Of a stretch of 61,486 bases of DNA, positions 40,266 to 49,031 are shown piece by piece. The position numbers and the translations under genes were made by a program. Below the pieces are notes generated by a model. The model saw only the letters and a program-made list of their open reading frames with translations. It was not told the origin of the DNA and ran no database searches. The stretch comes from Nitrospira sp. (GTDB lineage Bacteria; Nitrospirota; Nitrospiria; SBBL01; JAADHI01), in assembly GCA_027020665.1 (NCBI GenBank), contig JALUVJ010000039.1:1-61486 (forward strand), written 5' to 3'. How positions within the stretch are numbered: position 1 is the first letter of the stretch; the number at the start of each line of letters is the position of its first letter.

Positions 40266-40761
40266 AATAAATCCGACATATTGTGATCATACACAGGCAC
40301 TCGAAATCGGAGCAGCCCTGCAATCCCGTCATCTGACGCTTGCAGTCGCTGAATCCTGTACGGGGGGACGCATCGCAAGCCAAATCACAGCCGTGCCGGG
40401 TGCCTCCCGCTATTTTGAGTCCGCCTACATTACCTACAGCAACAGCGCCAAAATACGGCTCTTGTCCGTACCTAAGGCACTCATTGAAAAAAAGGGAGCC
40501 GTTTCAAGCGAAGTGGCCCACGCCATGGCCGAGGGGGTGCGCAAACACGCGGGTGCGGACTTGGGGCTTTCTGTTACCGGGATCGCAGGTCCCGGTGGCG
40601 GCAGCCGGAATAAACCGGTCGGACTCGTTTATATTGCCCTATCGGATGAACATGGAACACAGACAACGCAGTTTCTTTTTTCCGGCAATCGCAACACCAT
40701 TCAACGGAAGGCAAGTGACGCGGCCCTAAAAACCCTGCTCATGCATTTAAGAACACCTTAA
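40258..40761 (+). CDS. pncC: Nicotinamide-nucleotide amidohydrolase (CinA C-terminal domain only)
   Basis: LTLAVAESCTGGRIAS, ITYSN, GISVTGIAGPGGG-type motifs, and VYIAL. The start is probably TTG at 40258, overlapping the pgpA stop; the ORF track starts at 40180. Confidence 0.85.
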   Translation: MDEINPTYCDHTQALEIGAALQSRHLTLAVAESCTGGRIASQITAVPGASRYFESAYITYSNSAKIRLLSVPKALIEKKGAVSSEVAHAMAEGVRKHAGADLGLSVTGIAGPGGGSRNKPVGLVYIALSDEHGTQTTQFLFSGNRNTIQRKASDAALKTLLMHLRTP

Positions 40762-40851
40762 TCATCAAAACGGCCCGGCACAATATCGCTTAAAAAATCA
40801 TCTCGGAAATGATATAACAGGAGAAATCGGAATGGATGATCTCGGAATGTC

Positions 40852-41469
40852 ATGGCTTCGTCTCGTCTTTTTATCGCATTTCCCCTTTCGGAAAAAATCC
40901 GCGCACAATGCCGCGCACGGCAAGATCGCGGTCGCGCGCGGATTGATGGCATCAAATGGGTGAAACCGGAACAGATGCATCTGACCCTGCTTTTTTTGGG
41001 GCAAATCGAAACGGAAACTCAAATTCAGATTGAAACAATCATTCAGGATCTTGCCGGAAAAACACCGCCTTTTTGCGTGACCATTTCCGGCATCGGCGTA
41101 TTTCCCGAAACACAGGCCCCGAAAGTCTTGTGGGCCGGTGTTTCGGAAGAAGAAACCCTCATGCGCTGCCAAATGCAACTTTCAAAAACCCTCTCCATGA
41201 TGGGTCTTCCTCCGGATGTCCGACCTTTTCGTCCGCATCTCACCCTGGCGCGCATCAAGACGCGCATCAAGAAAAAAGTCCTCAACCTGTGGATGGAAGA
41301 AGAGGCGCGTGTTCCGGACGGACATTGTATCATGGAGACACTTATGCTCATCGAAAGTCGGCCGGCGCCGGACGGCCCAAAACACATCACGCGCTTTAGT
41401 GCCGATTTATGCAAAGACATCAATGTAAATGATTCGGAAAAACCGAGCCCGACTTCGAACTCAACTTAA
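40852..41469 (+). CDS. thpR: RNA 2',3'-cyclic phosphodiesterase (2H phosphoesterase, LigT/ThpR)
   Basis: It has two HxT/S motifs, HLTLLFLG and HLTLARI. Confidence 0.8.
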   Translation: MASSRLFIAFPLSEKIRAQCRARQDRGRARIDGIKWVKPEQMHLTLLFLGQIETETQIQIETIIQDLAGKTPPFCVTISGIGVFPETQAPKVLWAGVSEEETLMRCQMQLSKTLSMMGLPPDVRPFRPHLTLARIKTRIKKKVLNLWMEEEARVPDGHCIMETLMLIESRPAPDGPKHITRFSADLCKDINVNDSEKPSPTSNST

Positions 41470-41478
41470 GGAGAAAAA

Positions 41479-42522
41479 ATGCCAGAAAAAACCGTAAAAG
41501 AAAATAACAAACAAGGCGCGCTGGAACTCGCGATGTCTCAGATTGAACGCCAGTTCGGCAAGGGTTCCATCATGCGTCTCGGTGCGGACGACGTCGCCAC
41601 AGGCGTGCCCGTTATCCCAACGGGCTCTCTCGGACTCGATATTGCGCTGGGTGTGGGCGGCGTGCCACGCGGTCGCGTCATCGAAATCTTCGGGCCGGAA
41701 TCTTCGGGAAAAACAACACTCACCCTGCACATCATCGCCGAAGCGCAAAAGCTGGGCGGCACGGCCGCCTTTATCGATGCGGAACATGCACTGGATATTC
41801 ACTATGCCCGCCGCCTGGGGGTCAATAGTGATGACTTGTTGATCTCACAGCCGGATACGGGAGAACAGGCGCTTGAAATCGCCGAAACCCTGGTTCGAAG
41901 CGGCGCACTGGATGTGGTCGTCATTGACTCGGTCGCAGCCCTCGTGCCTCGTGCGGAAATCGAAGGGGAGATGGGCGATTCCCACATGGGCTTGCAGGCC
42001 CGGCTCATGTCACAGGCCCTGCGGAAATTGACCGCGGCCATTTCACGCTCCAAAACCTGCGTCATTTTTATCAATCAAATCCGAATGAAAATCGGCGTCA
42101 TGTTCGGCAATCCCGAAACCACTACCGGCGGCAATGCGCTCAAATTTTATGCTTCCGTGCGCATGGATATCCGCCGCATCGAAACCCTCAAAGACGGACA
42201 AGAAGCGATGGGCAACCGTGTCCGGGTCAAGGTTGTGAAAAACAAGGTCTCTCCGCCTTTCCGTAAAGCCGAGTTTGATGTACTCTTTAATGTTGGGATC
42301 TCTAAAACGGGAGAGCTTTTGGATCTGGCCATCGAAAACCGGATTGCCGACCGAAGCGGCGCCTGGTATTCCTATAAGGGACAGCGTCTGGGGCAAGGCC
42401 GGGACAACGCGGTCAAAACATTGACCGAAAACCCGGAAACAGCGGCAGAAATCGAAGCGGCCATCCGCAAAACGGCCGGTCTACCGCCTGAGAAAGAAGA
42501 GAAAAAAACCGAGGGGGCTTGA
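41479..42522 (+). CDS. recA: Recombinase A
   Basis: [10 protein letters not shown], the L1/L2 loops, and [16 protein letters not shown] upstream. Confidence 0.97.
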   Translation: MPEKTVKENNKQGALELAMSQIERQFGKGSIMRLGADDVATGVPVIPTGSLGLDIALGVGGVPRGRVIEIFGPESSGKTTLTLHIIAEAQKLGGTAAFIDAEHALDIHYARRLGVNSDDLLISQPDTGEQALEIAETLVRSGALDVVVIDSVAALVPRAEIEGEMGDSHMGLQARLMSQALRKLTAAISRSKTCVIFINQIRMKIGVMFGNPETTTGGNALKFYASVRMDIRRIETLKDGQEAMGNRVRVKVVKNKVSPPFRKAEFDVLFNVGISKTGELLDLAIENRIADRSGAWYSYKGQRLGQGRDNAVKTLTENPETAAEIEAAIRKTAGLPPEKEEKKTEGA

Positions 42523-42579
42523 GGAAGCTCTGATTAAGACCGGCTCCCTTCAGGTCACATCAAAACAGGGAGAGGGACG

Positions 42580-43725
42580 ATGAACCTTGATATCTTGTTG
42601 AAGGCATCCATCGAAAACGGCGCATCCGATCTTCATATCAAAGTGGGCGCCCCGCCGATGGCCCGCGTCAACGGCACACTTATCCCCTTGGCGCAATTTC
42701 AAAGGATGAACAAAGAAGATGTTGCCGCTTTGGCCTATTCCGTACTCAGCCCCGCACAACGTGAAATCTTTAAGCAAGACCGGGAAATTGATTTGGCTTA
42801 CAGTGCGGCGGGATTGGGGCGCTTCCGGGTCAGTATCTTCATGCAGCGGGGCACGGTCGGCGCAGTCTTTCGTGTTATCCCCAGCCGGATTTTATCTCTT
42901 CAGGATCTTGTGCTGCCGAAAGCCATCCACAAGCTCTCACAAGAACAACGCGGACTCATCCTGGTGACCGGGACGACCGGCAGCGGGAAATCCACCACAC
43001 TCGCTGCCATGGTCGATATTATCAATATCTCCCGTACGGCCAACATCATCACCATCGAAGATCCTATCGAGTTTCTTCATCGGGACAAAAAAGGTATTGT
43101 AAGTCAACGCGAAATCGGGCAGGACACCGATTCATTCGGCGGGGCGCTGCGTTCCGCCCTGCGGCAAGACCCCGATGTCATCATGGTGGGCGAAATGCGC
43201 GATTTTGAAACCATCAGCACCGCGCTCACCGCCGCAGAAACGGGACATCTGGTTTTGAGTACCTTGCATACCTTGGATGCAACCGAAACCATCAACCGCA
43301 TCGTCTCTGTATTTCCCCCTTATCATCACAGCCAGGTGCGCATGCAGCTCGCCACCGTGCTCAAGGGCATTGTCTCCATGCGTCTCATTCCACGGTCCAA
43401 AGGAGAAGGGCGTGTGCCCGCCGTGGAAATCCTGTTGGGGACACAAACGGTTTGTGAGGCAATTATCGATACGGACAAAACCCGCACGCTCAAGGACATC
43501 ATCGCGGCGGGAAAATCGCAATACGGCATGCAGACCTTTGACCAGTCGATCTACGAACATTACCAAAACGGGATGATTTCTTATGAAGAAGCACTCAAAT
43601 GGACCAGCACGCCGGAGGACTTCGCCCTAAAGGTCAAAGGCATCCAATCCACCAGCGACAGTTGGGAAAACGCACAGCAGGAAAACGGCGGCGGTGAGAC
43701 GGAATTCGAAATCGACCGTTTTTGA
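42580..43725 (+). CDS. pilT: Type IV pilus retraction ATPase, PilT family
   Basis: ASDLHI, Walker A GTTGSGKSTT, the Asp box IITIEDPIEF, Walker B PDVIMVGEMRD, and the His box LVLSTLHT. Confidence 0.88.
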   Translation: MNLDILLKASIENGASDLHIKVGAPPMARVNGTLIPLAQFQRMNKEDVAALAYSVLSPAQREIFKQDREIDLAYSAAGLGRFRVSIFMQRGTVGAVFRVIPSRILSLQDLVLPKAIHKLSQEQRGLILVTGTTGSGKSTTLAAMVDIINISRTANIITIEDPIEFLHRDKKGIVSQREIGQDTDSFGGALRSALRQDPDVIMVGEMRDFETISTALTAAETGHLVLSTLHTLDATETINRIVSVFPPYHHSQVRMQLATVLKGIVSMRLIPRSKGEGRVPAVEILLGTQTVCEAIIDTDKTRTLKDIIAAGKSQYGMQTFDQSIYEHYQNGMISYEEALKWTSTPEDFALKVKGIQSTSDSWENAQQENGGGETEFEIDRF

Positions 43726-44191
43726 GGACACGGTTGCCTCCGCGAAAAAAAACGCCTTTCGATGTCTTTCCCGTCGGGATCACAGCACGCACGAGCTTGC
43801 GCAGAAACTGCACAAAAAAGGATTTTCCAGGCCCATCGTTTTAAAAGTTATTGATGAGCTAACAACCCTGAAGCTGATTGATGACACACGTTTTATTGAA
43901 ACCTGGTCACGCTTCCGCATGACCCATCATCATTTCGGCCCCTTGCGCCTGCGTCAGGAACTGCTTCAAAAAGGTCTCCCTTCAGACGATGTCTCGGCTT
44001 ATATTCAAAGGATTTCAAATACATACCGTCCGGAAAACGAAGTTGAAAAAACGCTTCTCCGGCGATATCCGGATCTCGGGTCACTCAAAGAAAAAAACAC
44101 CTGTCGCAGGGCTTTTGATTTTTTAAAACGAAAAGGCCACGCGTCTGAGGTCATCTTTAAGGTTTTTAAGAAATACGGCTTGCTGAAATAG
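43694..44191 (+). CDS. recX: RecA regulator RecX
   Basis: CLSRRDHSTHELAQKLHKKGF and three helical repeats. The GTG start overlaps the pilT 3' end by 32 nt. Confidence 0.8.
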   Translation: MRRNSKSTVFEDTVASAKKNAFRCLSRRDHSTHELAQKLHKKGFSRPIVLKVIDELTTLKLIDDTRFIETWSRFRMTHHHFGPLRLRQELLQKGLPSDDVSAYIQRISNTYRPENEVEKTLLRRYPDLGSLKEKNTCRRAFDFLKRKGHASEVIFKVFKKYGLLK

Positions 44192-44532
44192 GGAGTCGCT
44201 CTATTCGCCTTCAAGGAAGCGCTGATTAAGTTTGGGGTGAATTTTTCGAGAGATAACATCTTCGGATTCAAGGCGCAACTTGCAGGGAATCGCCCGCTTG
44301 AAAAATCCGTTCAATCATGCGAAAAAGCAATACATGATTTGATTGGCGCTGCCTGAGGCTTGATATTTTTCCTAGGTTCTTGATAATACCTTTTGATTGG
44401 ATATAGAGAAAAGTCATTTATTTTGCTAAAATCGGTGCGGTATTTTCTTCCTTTTCGTATGCCTTGATCAGAGCTGCCTGATTTAACGATACAACAACAA
44501 ACTTTGTTTTTATTGGTACGGAGGAATCAATC

Positions 44533-46893
44533 ATGAATCGTTTGGCGTCAGACATCAAAAATATGAAAACCCACTATGCCGTGGTGGTCATCGGTTCCGG
44601 TTACGGCGGCGGCATCGCCGCTTCGCGGATGGCGCGCGCAGGACAAACGGTGTGCGTACTGGAACGCGGCAAAGAAATGTTGCCGGGAGAATATCCGGAC
44701 ACGGAATTAGAGGCCTCACAGGAGTTTCAAATCGATACGCCGAAAGGCCGCATCGGGTCCGAAACCGATCTTTTTGATATGCGTGTGAATGACGACATCA
44801 ATGTGGTCATCGGCTCCGGGTTGGGTGGGACGTCTTTAATTAATGCAAATGTCGCTGTGCGTGCCGAAGAACGCGTTTTTGAAGATCCGTGCTGGCCGCA
44901 GGCCTTTCGCAATGATTTGAAAACACTTGTAGAAGAAGGTTATCAACATGCGGAGGCCATGCTCAAACCCAACCCTTATCCCGAAGATGCGCCAAGCCTT
45001 CCCAAGCTTACAGCCATTGAAAGATCAGCAATTTGCATGAATCAAAAGACCTATCGGCTTCCGCTCAATGTCACCTTTGAAGGAAGCGCGGGCGTGAACC
45101 ATGTCGGCGTATGGCAAGATGCCTGTAATTATTGCGGCGATTGTGTTTCCGGCTGCAATGTCGGCGCAAAAAACACGACTCTGATGAATTATCTACCCGA
45201 TGCCAAGAACCATGGAGCGGAAATTTACACGCAAGTGGCCGTACGCCGATTGGAGCGGAAAAACGGCCGCTGGTTGGTCCATTATCAAATTCTAAATGCG
45301 GGACGTGAAAAGTTTGAAGCCCCGACCCTTGTTGTTGCGGCGGACAATGTCATTTTGGGCGCAGGATCGCTCGGCTCCACTGAAATTTTATTGCGCTCCA
45401 AAGCGAAGGGGCTTCCGCTTTCCGATCAGCTGGGGGCGCGCTTTAGCGGCAATGCCGATGTCTTGGGTTTTGCTTACAACAATGATTTCGAAGTGAACGC
45501 CATCGGTTTTGGGGATAACAATCCCGAAAAAATGGACCCGGTCGGCCCCTGCATTACGGGCATCATCGACATGCGCAATCAGCCGAACCTGAACGATGGT
45601 TTGGTCATTGAAGAAGGCGTCTTGCCGGGCGCGCTGGCGGGTCTGCTGCCCGCAGCCTTTTCGCTTGCAAGCAAAATGGTGGGCAAAGATACGGACGAAG
45701 GTATTATGGACGGCCTGCGTGAAAACCTGCGTGAAGTCGAAAGCATGGTGCGCGGGGCTTATCACGGTGCGGTGCGCAATACACAAACCTACCTGATTAT
45801 GGCCCACGACGACGGTCAGGGAAAAATGTCGCTTAAGGATGACCGTCTTCGCATTGATTGGCCCGGCGTCGGCACACAGCCTATTTTTGAAACGGCCAAC
45901 AAACGTTTGGAAGAGGCGACCGCTGCGGGCGGGGGCACCTATGTGAAAAATCCGCTCTGGAGTAAAATTGCAAATCACAGCCTGACGACGGTGCATCCCT
46001 TAGGGGGTTGTGTAATGGCTGAGAATGCGCAGGAGGGGGTTGTGAATCACAAGGGACAGGTTTTTTCCGGCCAAAACGGGGATGCGGTTTACGAGGGGCT
46101 TTATGTCTGCGACGGCGCAGTGTTGCCACGTTCGGTGGGCATTAATCCCTTTTTAACAATTTGTGCAGTGGCCGAACGCATCTGCGCGCTTTTGGCAGAA
46201 GATAAAAATTGGGAAATCGACTACACCCTGCCTTCTCAATCCAATGAACCGCGTGTAGAAAAGAAGTTGGGGCTTCAGTTTACCGAAACCATGCGCGGAT
46301 ATTTTTCGACCGAAGAAAAGACCGATTATCAGGAAGCCGCAAAACGGGGAAAGGCTGCCGCTTCACCTTTTAAATTCACGCTCACGGTCGTGATTGATGA
46401 CCTGGATCGGATGATTGCAGATGAAAATCATCAGGGCAATATTATCGGCAGCATGACGGCGCCTGCTTTATCTGATGCCCCCCTGAGTGTTTCCAATGGT
46501 ATTTTTAACTTGTTTGTGGAAAATCCGGAAAAACCGGATGCTTACAAAATGCGCTATCGCATGAACCTGCACGGGAAAGACGGCCAAACCTATTATTTTG
46601 AGGGATTTAAGGATATTCACGATGATCCGGGTTTTGATGTCTGGGAAGATACGACGACTTTGTATATTACCATCTACGAGGGCGAAAATGCGCAAGGGGC
46701 CGTGCTCGGCAAGGGCATTTTAAAAATTTTGCCGATGGATTTCATTACGCAACTCAAGACGGTAAAAGCCTTAAACAGCGCAAATTTCAAAGAGCGGCTG
46801 GAGGCCAAAATACGCTTTGGCAAGTTGTTCGCTGGGGGCGTCTACGACGCCTTTGTTGCGCCGCTTTTAAAAACACCGGAACGCCTTGGCTAA
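44533..46893 (+). CDS. GMC-family flavin oxidoreductase of cholesterol-oxidase type fused to an uncharacterised C-terminal module of about 208 aa
   Basis: YAVVVIGSGYGGGIAASRMA (FAD binding), CNYCGDCVSGCNVGAKN, TVHPLGGC, and LYVCDGAVLPRSVGINP. The C-terminal module (46267-46890) is homologous to the patatin C-terminus. GGAGG SD. Confidence 0.85.
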   Translation: MNRLASDIKNMKTHYAVVVIGSGYGGGIAASRMARAGQTVCVLERGKEMLPGEYPDTELEASQEFQIDTPKGRIGSETDLFDMRVNDDINVVIGSGLGGTSLINANVAVRAEERVFEDPCWPQAFRNDLKTLVEEGYQHAEAMLKPNPYPEDAPSLPKLTAIERSAICMNQKTYRLPLNVTFEGSAGVNHVGVWQDACNYCGDCVSGCNVGAKNTTLMNYLPDAKNHGAEIYTQVAVRRLERKNGRWLVHYQILNAGREKFEAPTLVVAADNVILGAGSLGSTEILLRSKAKGLPLSDQLGARFSGNADVLGFAYNNDFEVNAIGFGDNNPEKMDPVGPCITGIIDMRNQPNLNDGLVIEEGVLPGALAGLLPAAFSLASKMVGKDTDEGIMDGLRENLREVESMVRGAYHGAVRNTQTYLIMAHDDGQGKMSLKDDRLRIDWPGVGTQPIFETANKRLEEATAAGGGTYVKNPLWSKIANHSLTTVHPLGGCVMAENAQEGVVNHKGQVFSGQNGDAVYEGLYVCDGAVLPRSVGINPFLTICAVAERICALLAEDKNWEIDYTLPSQSNEPRVEKKLGLQFTETMRGYFSTEEKTDYQEAAKRGKAAASPFKFTLTVVIDDLDRMIADENHQGNIIGSMTAPALSDAPLSVSNGIFNLFVENPEKPDAYKMRYRMNLHGKDGQTYYFEGFKDIHDDPGFDVWEDTTTLYITIYEGENAQGAVLGKGILKILPMDFITQLKTVKALNSANFKERLEAKIRFGKLFAGGVYDAFVAPLLKTPERLG

Positions 46894-46964
46894 AGAGATG
46901 ATTGCATGGCGCTCGCTTTGTTTTGTAAGGATTGATCCGGCCCATCCATTTTTGGAGAAAACTT

Positions 46965-47996
46965 GTGAAGAAATTCAAGCAACGCGTCATTCCGTTCAGC
47001 GCAGGAGACGGTATGGCGCTGAACGTTATTCATGTGCAGGGGGAAAAAGCACCAACAAAAGGACCCGTGTTACTCGTGCATGGGGCGGGGGTGCGGGCCC
47101 ATCTTTTTATGCCGCCGACGGAAACAACCTTTGTTTCTTATCTTATCGACAACGGTTACGATGTTTGGATGGAAAACTGGCGCGCGTCCATTGATTTTCC
47201 CGCCAACCAATGGACGCTGGATCAAGCCGCGCTTTATGACCATCCCGAAGCCGTCAAGACCGTAGTGAAAGAAACCGGTTGCGATGAAATCAAAGCGGTC
47301 ATTCATTGTCAGGGCTCAACCAGTTTTACCATGTCCGCAATCGCAGGCTTGGTCCCGCAGGTAAAAACCATTGTAAGCAATGCCGTTTCCCTGCATCCGG
47401 TGCTGCCGCTTTGGTCTTGTTTCAAACTGAAGGTCTTCATTCCTCCGACGGAAAAATTCACTCCTTACCTCAATCCGCAATGGGGAATCTCCGCGCCCAC
47501 CCCGATTGCAAAACTGATCTCAATCGTGGTGGAGCTGACCCATCATGAGTGTGACAATTCGGTCTGCAAACAAGTGAGTTTTACTTACGGTTCCGGTTTT
47601 CCCGCGCTTTGGTCGCATGAAAATTTAAGCGAAGAAACGCATGAATGGATCAAGGGAGAATTTGCAGAAGTCTCCATTCCTTTCTTTCGGCAGATCACAG
47701 CCTGCGCCTTCAAAGGCCATTTGATTGCCGTTGAAGGAAAACCGGAGTTGCCCGCCGATTTCACCGCGCAGCCACCCAAAACAGACGCGCGTTTTGCTTT
47801 TTTCGCTGGGGAAGACAACCGCTGCTTTTTACCCAAAAGCCAAATAAAAAGTTTTGAATATTTCGACAAGCTTCGCAAAGACTATCACAGCTTACATGTG
47901 ATACCCCGCTATGGCCATCTCGATCCCTTTTTTGGAAAAAATGCCGCACAAGATGTTTTTCCGCTGATGATTCAGGAATTGGATCGTCCACACTAA
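46965..47996 (+). CDS. Lipase-like alpha/beta-fold hydrolase
   Basis: The GTG at 46965 has GGAGA upstream; the ORF track starts at 46932. PVLLVHGAGV, GYDVWMENWRAS (like acid-lipase GYDVWLGNxRGN), elbow VIHCQGST, and YGHLDPFFG. Confidence 0.8.
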   Translation: MKKFKQRVIPFSAGDGMALNVIHVQGEKAPTKGPVLLVHGAGVRAHLFMPPTETTFVSYLIDNGYDVWMENWRASIDFPANQWTLDQAALYDHPEAVKTVVKETGCDEIKAVIHCQGSTSFTMSAIAGLVPQVKTIVSNAVSLHPVLPLWSCFKLKVFIPPTEKFTPYLNPQWGISAPTPIAKLISIVVELTHHECDNSVCKQVSFTYGSGFPALWSHENLSEETHEWIKGEFAEVSIPFFRQITACAFKGHLIAVEGKPELPADFTAQPPKTDARFAFFAGEDNRCFLPKSQIKSFEYFDKLRKDYHSLHVIPRYGHLDPFFGKNAAQDVFPLMIQELDRPH

Positions 47997-48066
47997 GGAA
48001 GCCCGAATCAAGTCATGCATTATTCTTTCAAGGCAAACATTCAAGCCGGACCTCATCAGAACTTCC
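47997..48066. repeat. 70-nt palindromic intergenic repeat, full copy
   Basis: GGAAGCCCGAATCAAGTCATGCATT...CATCAGAACTTCC. It is identical at 55 of 70 positions in an ungapped alignment with 58971-59040. Confidence 0.8.
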
Positions 48067-48099
48067 CCGCCATCGGATTCGGCAGATAAGGATTAACAC

Positions 48100-48966
48100 A
48101 TGTCACTACCGAAACGACTAAAAAGACAGGAAGGGCGTTACGGCTTGGTCGACGGGATTCCCTTCGATCTGCCCGTGGCCTCCAAAGATTCCCCCGCGCT
48201 CATGGCCGCTTACAGCATTGATTACGAAAAAGCCCGAAAACTCATGCCGGGCCGGGAAGTCCATCCCTTCCGGATTTGGAACAAAGCCGTGCTTTTGATC
48301 ACGGTAATTGATTATCGCGTGACCACCATTGGCAAATATGTGGAATTCAGCATTGGCATCGGTTGCACGCAAGGCCGCAAACCCGCCCCGCCCTTGCTTC
48401 CCCTTATTTTTATGAAATCTTTCGGAACAGGCCAATACGTTTTTGATTTGCCTGTCAGTTCAGAAGTCTCGGTCAAGGGTGGAAAAGGGATTTGGGGCAT
48501 GCCCAAACATCAGGCCAATCTTAATTTTTTAATCGGCGAAAAAACGGTAAGCAGCCAATATGACCTGGACGGCCGGTTCGCGATGAAAATCGAAGTGCAG
48601 CGGAGTAAAAAAGAAAACTTCCCCGTAAATATGAGTGGGGCCAATTATTGCGCCTTTCGCGGCATGTTGATGAAATCCTATGTGTATTTTAAGGGAAAAG
48701 CGGGATTCTGTCTCTTTAAAAAAGGTTCGGCTAAACTGACCATCGGAGATCATCCGAGGCTGAAACCTTTAAAAGATCTTGATATCAGCGAAAATCCGCT
48801 CTTCAGTGGATTTTTCCCAAAAACCGACGGCGTCCTGGACGATCATTTTGAAAACTGGTTTTTGGATTCGGCAGAACTGCCGACGCAAATTCCGGAAGGT
48901 CTGGAAAGCGTGGTCCATTTAACACAAAGTCAGGAATGGCTGGAGCCGCCGAAACCCCTTGATTGA
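48100..48966 (+). CDS. Acetoacetate-decarboxylase-family (beta-cone fold) protein
   Basis: AAGGA SD. ALMAAYSIDYEKA, TTIGKYVEFSIGIG, and GKGIWGMPKHQA resemble ADC-family (PF06314-type) blocks. The assignment is from memory of the family pattern. Confidence 0.6.
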   Translation: MSLPKRLKRQEGRYGLVDGIPFDLPVASKDSPALMAAYSIDYEKARKLMPGREVHPFRIWNKAVLLITVIDYRVTTIGKYVEFSIGIGCTQGRKPAPPLLPLIFMKSFGTGQYVFDLPVSSEVSVKGGKGIWGMPKHQANLNFLIGEKTVSSQYDLDGRFAMKIEVQRSKKENFPVNMSGANYCAFRGMLMKSYVYFKGKAGFCLFKKGSAKLTIGDHPRLKPLKDLDISENPLFSGFFPKTDGVLDDHFENWFLDSAELPTQIPEGLESVVHLTQSQEWLEPPKPLD

Positions 48967-49031
48967 GGCTTCGGCGCGCTTCCACATATCCGCAAATAGA
49001 AAACAGCTGTCTTTTTTGGAGGTTAACATTC

